Below the pieces are notes generated by a model. It saw only the letters and a program-made list of their open reading frames with translations, did no database searches and had not been told where the DNA came from. A program made the translations under genes and the position numbers. This document shows, in pieces, positions 1 through 9,610 of a stretch of DNA of 64,000 nucleotides. Location of the stretch: NCBI GenBank assembly GCA_044222185.1, contig JBGANV010000004.1, forward strand, positions 256,001 through 320,000, written 5' to 3'. Every line of letters starts with the position of its first letter. The first letter of the stretch is position 1. The stretch comes from Planctomycetota bacterium. GTDB lineage: Bacteria; Planctomycetota; GCA-002687715; CAIWVZ01.

Positions 1-225
1 GCATGCGTTGAGGGTTCCATCCCACCCGTCGTAATGCATGGGGTCGACGGCGTTGAGTCCGATGTGGAGTGAGATCCCGGTTGCCATTCCCGTTTTCCTC
101 CTGTTCGCTGCACGGTCGCGGTCCCATTGCGGATGTCGCACGATGCGGACCACGCGCATGAGTGTGCCACGGTTTGCCACGGCGGCTACTCCCGGCTCGT
201 GCGGAACTGGATACCCTGTGAGGCC

Positions 226-2016
226 ATGTGGGCGTTCGTCTTGGGCTCGGCCTGGCTTCTCGGTCAGGCTGCCATCTCCATCGCTCCGGCGATTGCGCCG
301 GGGTTTGCCTACCTCTTGCTGCGACCGGGTCGCCGCCCGGCGTCGAGTCTCGCGGCCGTCGCCCTCCTCGGCGGATACCTGACGGAGGTCGTCCTGGGCC
401 TGGTCGTCGTGCGCTTCGGCGTCGCGCCCGGGGTCGCTTGGGGCGGCGTTTCACTGCTGACGGCTGCGGCGATCGCCGCGTGGCTGTCGCGGGGTCGGGG
501 ATCGACTCGGGGAACCGTTGCCGTGCGCGACCTCGTGTGGCTCGCCGTTGCGGCCGCTGCGCTGCTCCTTCCCCGGTGCTTCTTCCAAGCGCTGGTGGGG
601 CAGTGGCCCCGCGGTTGGGATCCCAGCTTCCACCTCGCCGTCGTCCGGGCGATGACGGGCAACCACCTCCTTCCGCCATCGCTCGAGCCGTTCGAGCCGG
701 TGGGAGTGGTCTATCCCATCGGGTCTCACCTCGCCGTGATCGGTCAGTCACTCCTTGGCGCGGTCGAACCGCACGTGGCGTTCTCGGTCCACAATGCGTT
801 CACGGCAGGCCTCATGTCGCTCGTCGCCGTCGCATCGTTCACGGAGCGGTGGACCAAGCGCGCGCGCATCGGGCTTCTCGCGATGGTGGTGTACGGCGGA
901 GCGGTGCACTTCGGGTCCGCGGACTATCTGAACTGGGGCGGCCTCCCGAACCAGGTGGGCATGGCGGTGCTGCTGATCGGGATTTCGGCGCGGACATGGG
1001 CCCTGGATCGGGTGGGCCGGATCGGTGGCATCGTCGTTTGCGGCGTTTCGTTCCTCTTCAACCAGCACGTGATGATGTGCGCCATCGCGTTCATCGGAGC
1101 CCACGTCGTCTTCGATTGCATCGCAACGCGGACCGTCCGTCCGATCCTCGTGGGCATCGGCGAGATCCTCGTCTCGGCGACCGCGGCCGCCCCAGTGACC
1201 GTGCCCCTGGCGTTGAAGGTCGGGGACGTCTGGGCGCGTGTCTCCGACTGGAACGAGGTGTACGACTGGCTGACACTCTGGACGCTGGCGCCAGGAAGCA
1301 TCGCGTTGGTGTTGGGTGTCGTGGGGATCTGCATCGTCTCGCTTCGGGGGCCGGCGCGCAGAGACCTGCTGCCGATCGCGATGGTGTCGTCGCTCGTGCT
1401 CATGTTCGGCGTCACGTGCGGCGGGTGGAGGTTCGTCACCACGATCGTCAACGGCACGCCCTCGATGGCGGTGACGCCGTCCCGCTTCGTCACGAATCTC
1501 GCGTACCCGCTGTCGGCATTCGGCGGGCTCGCGCTCGCCGCCGCGCTCGATCGGATCCGGTCCGCGCCGGAGGCTCGACCGCGGCGCCTTCGCATGGCGG
1601 CGTGGGCCTTGGTGCTGCTGCCGATCGTCGTCGGCGAGCAGTGGCTGTGGTTGCGGGCGAAGATCGTTCTCACGCTGCCATCGGCGGAGCGTCTCGCCGC
1701 ACTCACGCAGGTTCGCGCGCTGCTTCCTCAAAACGCGGTCGCGGCGCCGGTGATTCTCGAGGCCGAATGGGGTCCCTACGTGCTCGCCACCGAGTGCACG
1801 ATGACGGCTCGACCGATCTCCGAACCGTCCACCGATTACTCCAAGGCGAAACGTCGCCTGCACGAGATGCTCCGCGAGCGTCGGCCGTGCGCGAAGGAGG
1901 CGGCAGAGATCTTCGGGGCGCGGCCCGTGATCGTGATCTCCGACGTGGCCCTGCCAGAATTCGTCACTCCGATCGCGACCGTGGGGCCGCTCTACGTGGG
2001 GAGACTCGATCCGTGA
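226..2016 (+). CDS. Polytopic membrane protein, probable GT-C fold glycosyltransferase-like (DUF6541-like)
   Basis: ORF 127..2016 with likely ATG at 226 (MWAFVLG). Many hydrophobic helices and a GWDPSFHL/YPIGSH loop typical of GT-C-like membrane proteins. Confidence 0.6.
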   Translation: MWAFVLGSAWLLGQAAISIAPAIAPGFAYLLLRPGRRPASSLAAVALLGGYLTEVVLGLVVVRFGVAPGVAWGGVSLLTAAAIAAWLSRGRGSTRGTVAVRDLVWLAVAAAALLLPRCFFQALVGQWPRGWDPSFHLAVVRAMTGNHLLPPSLEPFEPVGVVYPIGSHLAVIGQSLLGAVEPHVAFSVHNAFTAGLMSLVAVASFTERWTKRARIGLLAMVVYGGAVHFGSADYLNWGGLPNQVGMAVLLIGISARTWALDRVGRIGGIVVCGVSFLFNQHVMMCAIAFIGAHVVFDCIATRTVRPILVGIGEILVSATAAAPVTVPLALKVGDVWARVSDWNEVYDWLTLWTLAPGSIALVLGVVGICIVSLRGPARRDLLPIAMVSSLVLMFGVTCGGWRFVTTIVNGTPSMAVTPSRFVTNLAYPLSAFGGLALAAALDRIRSAPEARPRRLRMAAWALVLLPIVVGEQWLWLRAKIVLTLPSAERLAALTQVRALLPQNAVAAPVILEAEWGPYVLATECTMTARPISEPSTDYSKAKRRLHEMLRERRPCAKEAAEIFGARPVIVISDVALPEFVTPIATVGPLYVGRLDP

Positions 2017-2186
2017 ACGACGTTCCGAACGAACCCGCGAATCCGTCGTCGTCGGCGCCGATCGGCCAGCCCTCGGGTCCGGACGCGGGCGCGCGCCGCG
2101 CGTGGGAGTTCGCGCTGTGGCTCACGGTTCTTGGCGTGATGATCCTGGTCGTGTCCGAGCTCTACCTGGGATTCCGAATCCCGTGA
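2013..2186 (+). CDS. Small (57 aa) single-pass membrane protein
   Basis: GTG at 2013 overlaps the upstream TGA (GTGA). Polar N-terminus followed by the hydrophobic stretch AWEFALWLTVLGVMILVVSELYLG. Confidence 0.5.
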   Translation: MNDVPNEPANPSSSAPIGQPSGPDAGARRAWEFALWLTVLGVMILVVSELYLGFRIP

Positions 2187-2251
2187 TGACTTGCCGATCC
2201 GTGGCGGGAGTGGTTGAGGGCGACGTCCTCGCGAAGCACGGGAGTGTCGGA

Positions 2252-3541
2252 ATGAGAATCGAAAAGGCGATCGTCTGGCTTGGCGTAGCCATCGTGTCCT
2301 GTTCGGCGTGGGCGGGGGCGCAAGGCGATCGCCGCGCCGACTACGGCAAGGACGTCGAGTTCCTCCTGGATGAGCTCGGCAAGCAGGCTGCGCCGCTCCT
2401 CGCTTTGAAACACGTCGACTGGAAGGCCGTCGGGACCCGATTCCGAGCCGACGCGAAGAAGGTGACGACGGACGCCCAGCACCTCGATCTCTGCACGCGA
2501 CTCGTGGCCCGGCTTCGCGACGGTCACGCCGGCCTGCTGGACGTGAAGGTCGCTGGGGGCGGCGACGAGCGCATCACCGGCCCGCGCGTCCACCTCCTCT
2601 CGACCGGTGACCGCGTCTTCGTCCGCGCGGCGTTCGGCGCCGCCGAGAAGGCCGGTGTGAAGGTTGGGATGGAGGTCCGTGCGATCGACGGCGTACCGGC
2701 GCGCAAATGGCTCGCGACGACGGTGGAGCGCTTGCGCGACACGCACGGCTACTCGACGGATCAGCACGCGCTGTATTCCGCGTGCCACCTGGGGCTCGCG
2801 GACCGGGTCGGGACCCAGGTCCGGTTCGATCTCGTCGCGGCCGGCGGCGGCGACAAGAAGGTGACGATCCAACGCGACGGCGGCCCGAACTACGCGCCCG
2901 TGGGCCCCATCCGTCCGCCCGATGGCGTGAAGGGTCTCGGTCGCCAGTCCTACGGCCGAACGGCCGCGGGCTTCGGTTACATACACCTGCGCGACATCCC
3001 GACGGAGTTGCCCGATCAACTCGACGAGATGCTCACGGCGTTGGGAAAGACCCCTGGACTCATCCTCGACATGCGGGCGAACGGGGGCGGCGGCTGCGAC
3101 CACGACGCGGTGTTCGGGCGGTTCCTCGATCCGGAAGGAAGGTGGCGGCAGTACAAGGGCGCGGGGCGCGCGCACTTCACGGGACCCGTGGTCGTGATCA
3201 TCGATTCGGGCGTGGTGTCGGCAGGCGAGACCGTCGCCGGAATGCTCAAGGAGGATGGACGGGCGTTCCTCATCGGGGACGGACCGACGGCCGGGATGTC
3301 GTCCCAGAAACAGACCATCGCGGTCCCGAGCGGCCTCTTCCGCGTCCGTTTTTCCGTGGGGTCGAACAAGGCCCGGTTCAACGGGGGACGGGGGATCGAG
3401 GCCATCGGTGTCGCCCCCAACGAGGTCGTCCCCTACCTGCCCGCCGATCTGCAAGGCGGCGTCGACACGCAGATTCGGCGCGCCGAGGAGCTGCTCAAGG
3501 CAGGCTTTCCCAAGGGATCGGTCGCCTGGGACCCCCATTGA
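2252..3541 (+). CDS. Secreted S41 family (tail-specific) peptidase with PDZ-like region
   Basis: Signal peptide MRIEKAIVWLGVAIVSCSAWAGA-Q. S41 motifs LRDGHA, GYIHL, LILDMRANGGG, VSAGE and IEAIGVAP. Alternative start at 2186. Confidence 0.85.
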   Translation: MRIEKAIVWLGVAIVSCSAWAGAQGDRRADYGKDVEFLLDELGKQAAPLLALKHVDWKAVGTRFRADAKKVTTDAQHLDLCTRLVARLRDGHAGLLDVKVAGGGDERITGPRVHLLSTGDRVFVRAAFGAAEKAGVKVGMEVRAIDGVPARKWLATTVERLRDTHGYSTDQHALYSACHLGLADRVGTQVRFDLVAAGGGDKKVTIQRDGGPNYAPVGPIRPPDGVKGLGRQSYGRTAAGFGYIHLRDIPTELPDQLDEMLTALGKTPGLILDMRANGGGGCDHDAVFGRFLDPEGRWRQYKGAGRAHFTGPVVVIIDSGVVSAGETVAGMLKEDGRAFLIGDGPTAGMSSQKQTIAVPSGLFRVRFSVGSNKARFNGGRGIEAIGVAPNEVVPYLPADLQGGVDTQIRRAEELLKAGFPKGSVAWDPH

Positions 3542-3736
3542 CCGGCGGCCGGATCCACAGGATCGTCGGCTTTCCTTCCCAGGACGCCCGTCGTCGACGG
3601 AACACGCCGCCGCGGCGGCGGTTCGAAACCCTGCCGTTCGGCCCACCCGGCTCACTCGGACCCTCGGTGCGGGCCGGCCGGAAAGATGAGATTCCCCCGG
3701 ACGTTCTGACCTGCGGTGGTCGATGCAAGGAGAGCC

Positions 3737-6565
3737 ATGACGCGAACCAGACTTTTCATCGTGGCGTTTGCGCTGCTCGCGTCGTCAGCCGCCGCGCAGG
3801 ACAGCCGCCCGAACCCGTCCTGGGAGATCATGCGCCGCCACGATGCCGACGGGGACGGCAAGGTGAGCGTCGGAGAATATCCGCGGGGTGAACAGGTCTT
3901 CCGGCGTCTGGATCGCGACCGGGATGGATACCTGACGCCGCGTGATTTCGGAGCGGCGCCGGCTCCCGCCCCGGCGGGCGCACCAGGAGCTCGGCCGCGC
4001 CGCGACCGCAAGGATGCCGCCGCACCCGCGCCCGCTCCCGCGCAACCCGAAGGCTCACCGCCCGTGGCGCCCACGGAGGAAGGGCTCAGGTTCTTCGAGA
4101 CCCGGATCCGCCCCGTGCTCGTGTCGAACTGCTACGGCTGTCACTCGGCCGACGCCAGGGACTTGAAGGGCGGCCTGCGGCTCGACTCCCAGGCGGGGAT
4201 GCTGCGGGGCGGCGAGACGGGGCCGGCGGTCGTGCCAGGCGACGCGGGCGCGAGCCTGATCATCCAGGCGCTGCATTACGACGCGTTCGAGATGCCACCG
4301 AAGGGGAAACTCTCCGACGCCGTGATCCGCGACTTCGAGGCGTGGGTGAAGATGGGAGCGCCCGACCCCCGTGCTGGCGAACCGACGGCTGGGGCGGGCG
4401 ACGCGAAGTCGGACCTGGCGGCGTGGAAGCGCTCCATCGACATGAACGAGGCGAGGAAGTTCTGGTCGTTCCAGCCCATGTCCCATCCGTCGGCGCCGCA
4501 CCCGCGCGGCGAGGAATGGGCGTTCGGCGACCTCGACAGGTTCACCCTCGCAGGCATGGAATCGCACGGGCTCTCGCCGTCGAGGGACGCGGATCGGGTG
4601 ACGTGGCTGCGCCGCGTGTCGTTCGACCTGACGGGCCTTCCTCCGACGCCGGAGGACGTGGTGGCCTTCGAACGCGACACCGCGCCTGACGCGTTCGACA
4701 AGGTCGTCGATCGTCTCCTCGCGTCGCCTCAGTTCGGCGAGCGGTGGGGCCGTCATTGGCTCGACGTCGCGCGTTACGCCGAGTCCAGCGGCAAGGAGTC
4801 CAACGTCCTCTATCCGCAAGCCTGGCGCTATCGCGACTGGGTCATCAAGGCGTTCAACGAGGACAAACCCTACGACCTGTTCCTGAAGGAGCAGCTCGCA
4901 GGGGATCTCATGCCGTCGACGAGCTCGACGGAGAAGGCCGAGCGACAGATCGCAACGGGATTCCTGGCGATCGGGTCCAAGGGACACCGCACGCGCAATC
5001 TCCAGCAGTTCACCATGGACCTCGTGGACGAGCAGATCGACGCGACGACGCAGTGCATGCTCGGCCTGACGGTTGCATGCGCGCGGTGCCACGACCACAA
5101 GTTCGATCCCATTCCGACCGAGGACTACTACGCCCTGGCCGGAGTGTTCTTGAGCACGCAGACCAACTACGGCACGAAGCGCGCCCAGGGCAATCTTCAC
5201 CCATCCGACCTCGTCGACATTCCGAACGACGCGCTCGTCCCGGCTGGGCCGACCATGCCCGCGGCACAGCGCGCGGCGCTCGAGCGCCAGCGCGATCGTG
5301 TGAAGGCGCTCGCCAGCGGCGAGATGCCCGATCGTCGCGTGGCGCGCGAGGCCGCGAAGGACGGCGCCAAACCCGGGGACGCCAAGCCCGACGCGCAGAC
5401 GACCCAGCTCGAGCGCCTGCGGCTGCGCATCGCCACCGAGCAACTGGGAGTCGTCGAGTCGATCCTCGACCGCTTCGATGATTCGGGGAAGCCGTTGGAG
5501 GCCAACCGCAAGGCCATGGGAGTCGTGGACGCACGCCGGCCGAAGAACGCCAAGGTGCTCGTGCGCGGCGAGGTCGATCGACCGGGCGATACCGTTCCGC
5601 GAGGCTTCGTGCAGGTGATCTCCGGTGACGACACGCCGAAGGTGACGCAGGGCAGCGGAAGGCTCGAGCTCGCGGGCTGGATCGCGTCGGCGAACAACCC
5701 GCTGACTGCGCGCGTGATGGTCAACCGGATCTGGCTCCACCTGTTCGGCAAGGGCATCGTCCAGACGCCGGACAACTTCGGGAAGAACGGCCATCCGCCC
5801 ACGCATCCCGAACTCCTCGACTGGCTCGGATCGACGTTCGTCGACGATGGCTGGTCGGTGAAGAAGACGATCCGGCGAATGGTGTTGAGCCACACCTATC
5901 GCATGTCGTCCGAGTTCGATGCGAAGAAGTCCGCCATCGATCCCGAGGACGAATGGCTGTGGCGCATGCCCAAGCGCAGGCTGGAAGGCGAGTGCATCCG
6001 CGACGCGATGCTGATGGCGTCGGGTACGCTCTCGCTCGAACCGCCCGTCGGTTCTCCCGTCGGGACGTTGGAAGGCGACGCGCGATCCCTCCAGGTGCTG
6101 GCGCTGGCTTCGAACGACCGGCCGGTGCGCTCGGTCTACCTGCCCATCATCCGCGACGACATCCCCGAACCGTTGGAGGTGTTCGACTTCGCCGAACCGG
6201 CGTTCGTCACCGGCGCCCGCGAGATGACGAACGTGGCGACGCAGGCTCTCTACATGATGAACAACGCGGAGGTCATGCGCCTCGCCGATGCATTCGCCGG
6301 CCGCCTCCTCGCGGCGATCTCCAGCGATGACGGGCGGATCGACCGGGCATTCCGCACGGTGTTCGGCCGCGCGCCCACGGGCAGCGAGCTGGACTCGGCC
6401 CGCACGTTCCTTTCGCGCTTTCCCGCGCCGAAGGTGAAGGACGAGCCGCGCCGCGGCCGGCGCGCGCCGTCCCCCCAGCGTCCGACGGCCGACCCGCATC
6501 GGCCCGCGTGGGCTGCGTTCTGCCAGGCTTTGTTCGCGTCCGCCGAGTTCCGCTACGTCGATTGA
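3737..6565 (+). CDS. PSD1 / planctomycete cytochrome c domain protein (PSCyt1-DUF1549-DUF1553) with N-terminal EF-hand pair
   Basis: AAGGAG RBS and signal peptide. EF-hands DADGDGKVS and DRDRDGYLT, heme motifs CYGCH and [11 protein letters not shown], plus GERWGRHWLDVARYA and NPLTARVMVNRIW. Confidence 0.92.
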   Translation: MTRTRLFIVAFALLASSAAAQDSRPNPSWEIMRRHDADGDGKVSVGEYPRGEQVFRRLDRDRDGYLTPRDFGAAPAPAPAGAPGARPRRDRKDAAAPAPAPAQPEGSPPVAPTEEGLRFFETRIRPVLVSNCYGCHSADARDLKGGLRLDSQAGMLRGGETGPAVVPGDAGASLIIQALHYDAFEMPPKGKLSDAVIRDFEAWVKMGAPDPRAGEPTAGAGDAKSDLAAWKRSIDMNEARKFWSFQPMSHPSAPHPRGEEWAFGDLDRFTLAGMESHGLSPSRDADRVTWLRRVSFDLTGLPPTPEDVVAFERDTAPDAFDKVVDRLLASPQFGERWGRHWLDVARYAESSGKESNVLYPQAWRYRDWVIKAFNEDKPYDLFLKEQLAGDLMPSTSSTEKAERQIATGFLAIGSKGHRTRNLQQFTMDLVDEQIDATTQCMLGLTVACARCHDHKFDPIPTEDYYALAGVFLSTQTNYGTKRAQGNLHPSDLVDIPNDALVPAGPTMPAAQRAALERQRDRVKALASGEMPDRRVAREAAKDGAKPGDAKPDAQTTQLERLRLRIATEQLGVVESILDRFDDSGKPLEANRKAMGVVDARRPKNAKVLVRGEVDRPGDTVPRGFVQVISGDDTPKVTQGSGRLELAGWIASANNPLTARVMVNRIWLHLFGKGIVQTPDNFGKNGHPPTHPELLDWLGSTFVDDGWSVKKTIRRMVLSHTYRMSSEFDAKKSAIDPEDEWLWRMPKRRLEGECIRDAMLMASGTLSLEPPVGSPVGTLEGDARSLQVLALASNDRPVRSVYLPIIRDDIPEPLEVFDFAEPAFVTGAREMTNVATQALYMMNNAEVMRLADAFAGRLLAAISSDDGRIDRAFRTVFGRAPTGSELDSARTFLSRFPAPKVKDEPRRGRRAPSPQRPTADPHRPAWAAFCQALFASAEFRYVD

Positions 6566-6579
6566 GGCAGGAGCGATCC

Positions 6580-8007
6580 ATGACCACTTGTGATCACCCC
6601 GAACACGCGCCGTCGCGTCGTGACCTTCTCCGATCGTTCGCGTGCGGATTCGGCTGGCTCGCGTTCCGCGGCATGTCGTCGCTCGACGGGCCGCAGGAGG
6701 CCCCGGGCGATCCACTCGCGCCGCGACCGCCTCACTTCCCGGCACGCGCCAAACGAGTGATCTTCCTGTGCATGGCCGGTGGGCCGTCGCACGTCGACAC
6801 GTTCGACTACAAGCCCAAGCTGTACGCGGACGACGGCAAGCCCATGGCGGGGCGCCGCGCCGGCGCCAAACTCCTCGGTTCGCCATGGAAGTTCAGCCAG
6901 CACGGGCAGGGCGGGCTGTGGATCTCCGAGCTGTTTCCTGAACTGGCGGCGCACGCCGATGCGCTCTGCCTCCTCCGCGGCATGTCGACGGATCTCCCGG
7001 CACACCCGCAGGCGTTCGTGAAGCTTCACACGGGCAGCTTCCAGTTCGTGCGGCCGTCCATGGGCTCGTGGGCCCTCTACGGCCTCGGCACGACGAACCG
7101 CAACCTGCCCGGATTCATCACGCTGAACGCGCCCACGGGGCAGGGCGGCGCGCAGAACTACGGGAGTGCGTTCCTTCCGGCGATCTACCAGGGGACGCGG
7201 ATCGGCGTCTCCGGCCGCGGCGGCGGCGCGGGCCCGTTCGCGAGGCGCGCGGGGGCGTCCACGTCCGCGTTGCCGAACATCGCGAATCCGAAGCTCGACG
7301 AGAAGGAACAGCGCGCCCAGCTCGAACTCGTACAGAAGCTGAACAAGGAGCGGCTCCGCCGTGATCGCGAAGACCCGGGCGTCGAGGGCGTGATCGAGTC
7401 CTACGAGCTCGCGTTCCGGATGCAGGCGGAAGTTCCAGGCCTGCTCGACCTCTCGAAGGAATCCAAGTCGGTGCAGGATCTCTACGGCATCGGCGACGAC
7501 GACACCGACGGGTTCGGACGGCAGTGCCTGCTCGCGCGACGACTCGTGGAGTCGGGCGTGCGTTTCGTCGAAGTGTCGCAGTCCGGCTGGGATCACCACC
7601 GCAATCTGAAACAGGACCTGGCGAAGAGCTGTCGGTCGATCGACCGCCCGGTCGCCGGGTTGCTCGCGGACCTCGGTCGCCGAGGGTTGTTGAAGGACAC
7701 CCTCGTGATCTGGGGCGGAGAGTTCGGGCGAACGCCGTACGCCCAGGGGCCTGACGGCCGCGACCACAACAACAAGGGTTTCACCATGTGGATGGCCGGC
7801 GGCGGCGTCCGCGGCGGGACGTCGTTCGGTTCGACGGACGACTACGGCGCCGAAGCCGTCGATGGGCGGATGGACATCCACGACCTGCACGCGACGGTCC
7901 TGCACCTGATGGGCCTCGACCACCAGAAGCTCACCTATTCCCATGCGGGCCGGGATTTCCGCCTCACGGAAACGGCCGGCAACGTGGTGAAGGAGATCCT
8001 GGCCTGA
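6580..8007 (+). CDS. DUF1501 domain protein (planctomycete sulfatase-like, Tat signal)
   Basis: AGGAG RBS, SRRDLL twin-arginine motif, [52 protein letters not shown]. Directly follows the PSD1 gene. Confidence 0.92.
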   Translation: MTTCDHPEHAPSRRDLLRSFACGFGWLAFRGMSSLDGPQEAPGDPLAPRPPHFPARAKRVIFLCMAGGPSHVDTFDYKPKLYADDGKPMAGRRAGAKLLGSPWKFSQHGQGGLWISELFPELAAHADALCLLRGMSTDLPAHPQAFVKLHTGSFQFVRPSMGSWALYGLGTTNRNLPGFITLNAPTGQGGAQNYGSAFLPAIYQGTRIGVSGRGGGAGPFARRAGASTSALPNIANPKLDEKEQRAQLELVQKLNKERLRRDREDPGVEGVIESYELAFRMQAEVPGLLDLSKESKSVQDLYGIGDDDTDGFGRQCLLARRLVESGVRFVEVSQSGWDHHRNLKQDLAKSCRSIDRPVAGLLADLGRRGLLKDTLVIWGGEFGRTPYAQGPDGRDHNNKGFTMWMAGGGVRGGTSFGSTDDYGAEAVDGRMDIHDLHATVLHLMGLDHQKLTYSHAGRDFRLTETAGNVVKEILA

Positions 8008-8061
8008 CGTTGCGGCGGTCCGCTCGGGAGATCCGGGCGTTCCCGCATATCATCGCCGACC

Positions 8062-8913
8062 ATGTCTCCACGCTCGCGGCGCAAGACGCGCCACCGCAGG
8101 ACCGCTCGGACCGCCGACAGGCACGACCTCTATCAACGATCGGTCCAGACGCCGGAGGAGGACGCGCGCCGCCTCGCGCGCCGCTTCCAGGTTTTCACCG
8201 GGGAGACCCTGCGCAGCATCCGCGAGGACTTCTGCGGCACCGCCGCACTCTCGTGCGCGTTCATCTGGCAGAACCGGGCGAATCGTGCCGTGGGTGTCGA
8301 CCTGGATCCCGCCACGCTCGCCTGGGGCCGCGAGCACAACGTCTCGTTCCTGGACGAGGAACAGCGATCACGCCTGACGTTGGTGAAGGGTGACGTCCGC
8401 ACGGTGCGGTGCGACCCCGTCGACCTCGTCGCGGCATTCAACTTCAGCTACTCCGTGTTCCACACCCGGCGCGAGCTCAAGAAGTACTTCGAGCACGTGA
8501 CCACGTCGCTTCGCAAGGGCGGAGTGTTCGTCGTCGACATCTGGGGCGGCGGCGACGTGTTCACCGGGCAGATCGATCGGCGGCGTCGCGGCGGCTTCAA
8601 CTACGTCTGGGATCACAACGAGTTCTCGCCGATCACGCATCGAGCGACGTGCCGGATCCACTTCGAGTTCCCCGATGGAACGCGGATGCGGGACGCCTTC
8701 GTGTACGACTGGCGGATCTGGACGATCCCGGAGATCGTCGAGCTGTTCGAGGAGGTTGGATTTCGGGACGTCCACGTGCTTTGGGAGGGAACGGACGCGA
8801 AGAGCGGCGGCGGCAGCGGAGTGTTTCGCCGCGACGTGAAGGGGGAGATGCTGCGCTCCTACGTCGCGTACATCGCCGGGCGGTGGGACGGCTCGACTCC
8901 GGCGCGGCGGTGA
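8062..8913 (+). CDS. Class I SAM-dependent methyltransferase
   Basis: LYQRSVQ, REDFCGTA (motif I), GVDLD, AFNFSY and AFVYDWRIWTIPE motifs. Confidence 0.85.
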   Translation: MSPRSRRKTRHRRTARTADRHDLYQRSVQTPEEDARRLARRFQVFTGETLRSIREDFCGTAALSCAFIWQNRANRAVGVDLDPATLAWGREHNVSFLDEEQRSRLTLVKGDVRTVRCDPVDLVAAFNFSYSVFHTRRELKKYFEHVTTSLRKGGVFVVDIWGGGDVFTGQIDRRRRGGFNYVWDHNEFSPITHRATCRIHFEFPDGTRMRDAFVYDWRIWTIPEIVELFEEVGFRDVHVLWEGTDAKSGGGSGVFRRDVKGEMLRSYVAYIAGRWDGSTPARR

Positions 8914-8936
8914 GCGGTGGCTTTTCGCGCCACCGG

Positions 8937-9410
8937 TCAGCCGTGGCGGTACCGCGATGCCATCATCGGCGCGAAGTTGGCACCGTCGCGCGAGACGTCG
9001 ATCCGGAACGTCATCCGGTTCGCGCTCTCGAACTCGTAGACGTGACGCATGTGTCCCATGGGCGTCACCTGTTCGAATTGGAGCGTGTCGCCGTGCCACT
9101 TGCCCTTCGACGGAGTGGTGTACCCGCCGCCGCCCATGGAGTCGAACCAGTACATGGTGAACACGCCGTCCTTTTCGTCGTATCCGAAGACGCCGTGGCC
9201 GCGGTACACGACCTTCCCGTCGCGCTCCTGGGCATAGTCGCCGACCAGGAAGAAGCCGTCGCATGCCATCTGCGTCTTGAACGTCGACCTGGCGGTGCCG
9301 CCCTTCGGATCCCATTGGCTGGGGAACATCGTGTCGTCGCCGATCCAGTTGGCGGCGAGGCGGGCGAGGGTCTTGTGCTGCGGTGTCGGCGTGGGCATGT
9401 GGCATTCCAT
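8937..9410 (-). CDS. DUF1579 family protein
   Basis: PTPQHKTLARLAANWIG and GHGVFGYD...MYWFDSMG pattern. GAGGAG upstream of the start. Confidence 0.8.
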   Translation of the reverse strand: MECHMPTPTPQHKTLARLAANWIGDDTMFPSQWDPKGGTARSTFKTQMACDGFFLVGDYAQERDGKVVYRGHGVFGYDEKDGVFTMYWFDSMGGGGYTTPSKGKWHGDTLQFEQVTPMGHMRHVYEFESANRMTFRIDVSRDGANFAPMMASRYRHG

Positions 9411-9610
9411 GGACGGCTCCTCGTGGATCGGCGTGCGGTGTGTTCTTTCTCGTGATCCCGTTCACCGGGCGGGTGACGGGGATTGCGGACCATACCCATC
9501 CGGGGGGACAGGGGGAGCGGGACCTCGGAGCGCTCGATCGCCCTCGGCTCGTCCGGGATCGGCGCGTCGCGTAACGTCCCGACCCGCGCCGTTGCGGCAC
9601 GACGAAAAAC

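Noticed and set aside
3600-3625. Perfect 16-bp palindrome CGCCGCCGCGGCGGCG after the S41 gene
   Set aside because: Low-complexity all-GC sequence without a U-tract; plausible by chance at this GC content.
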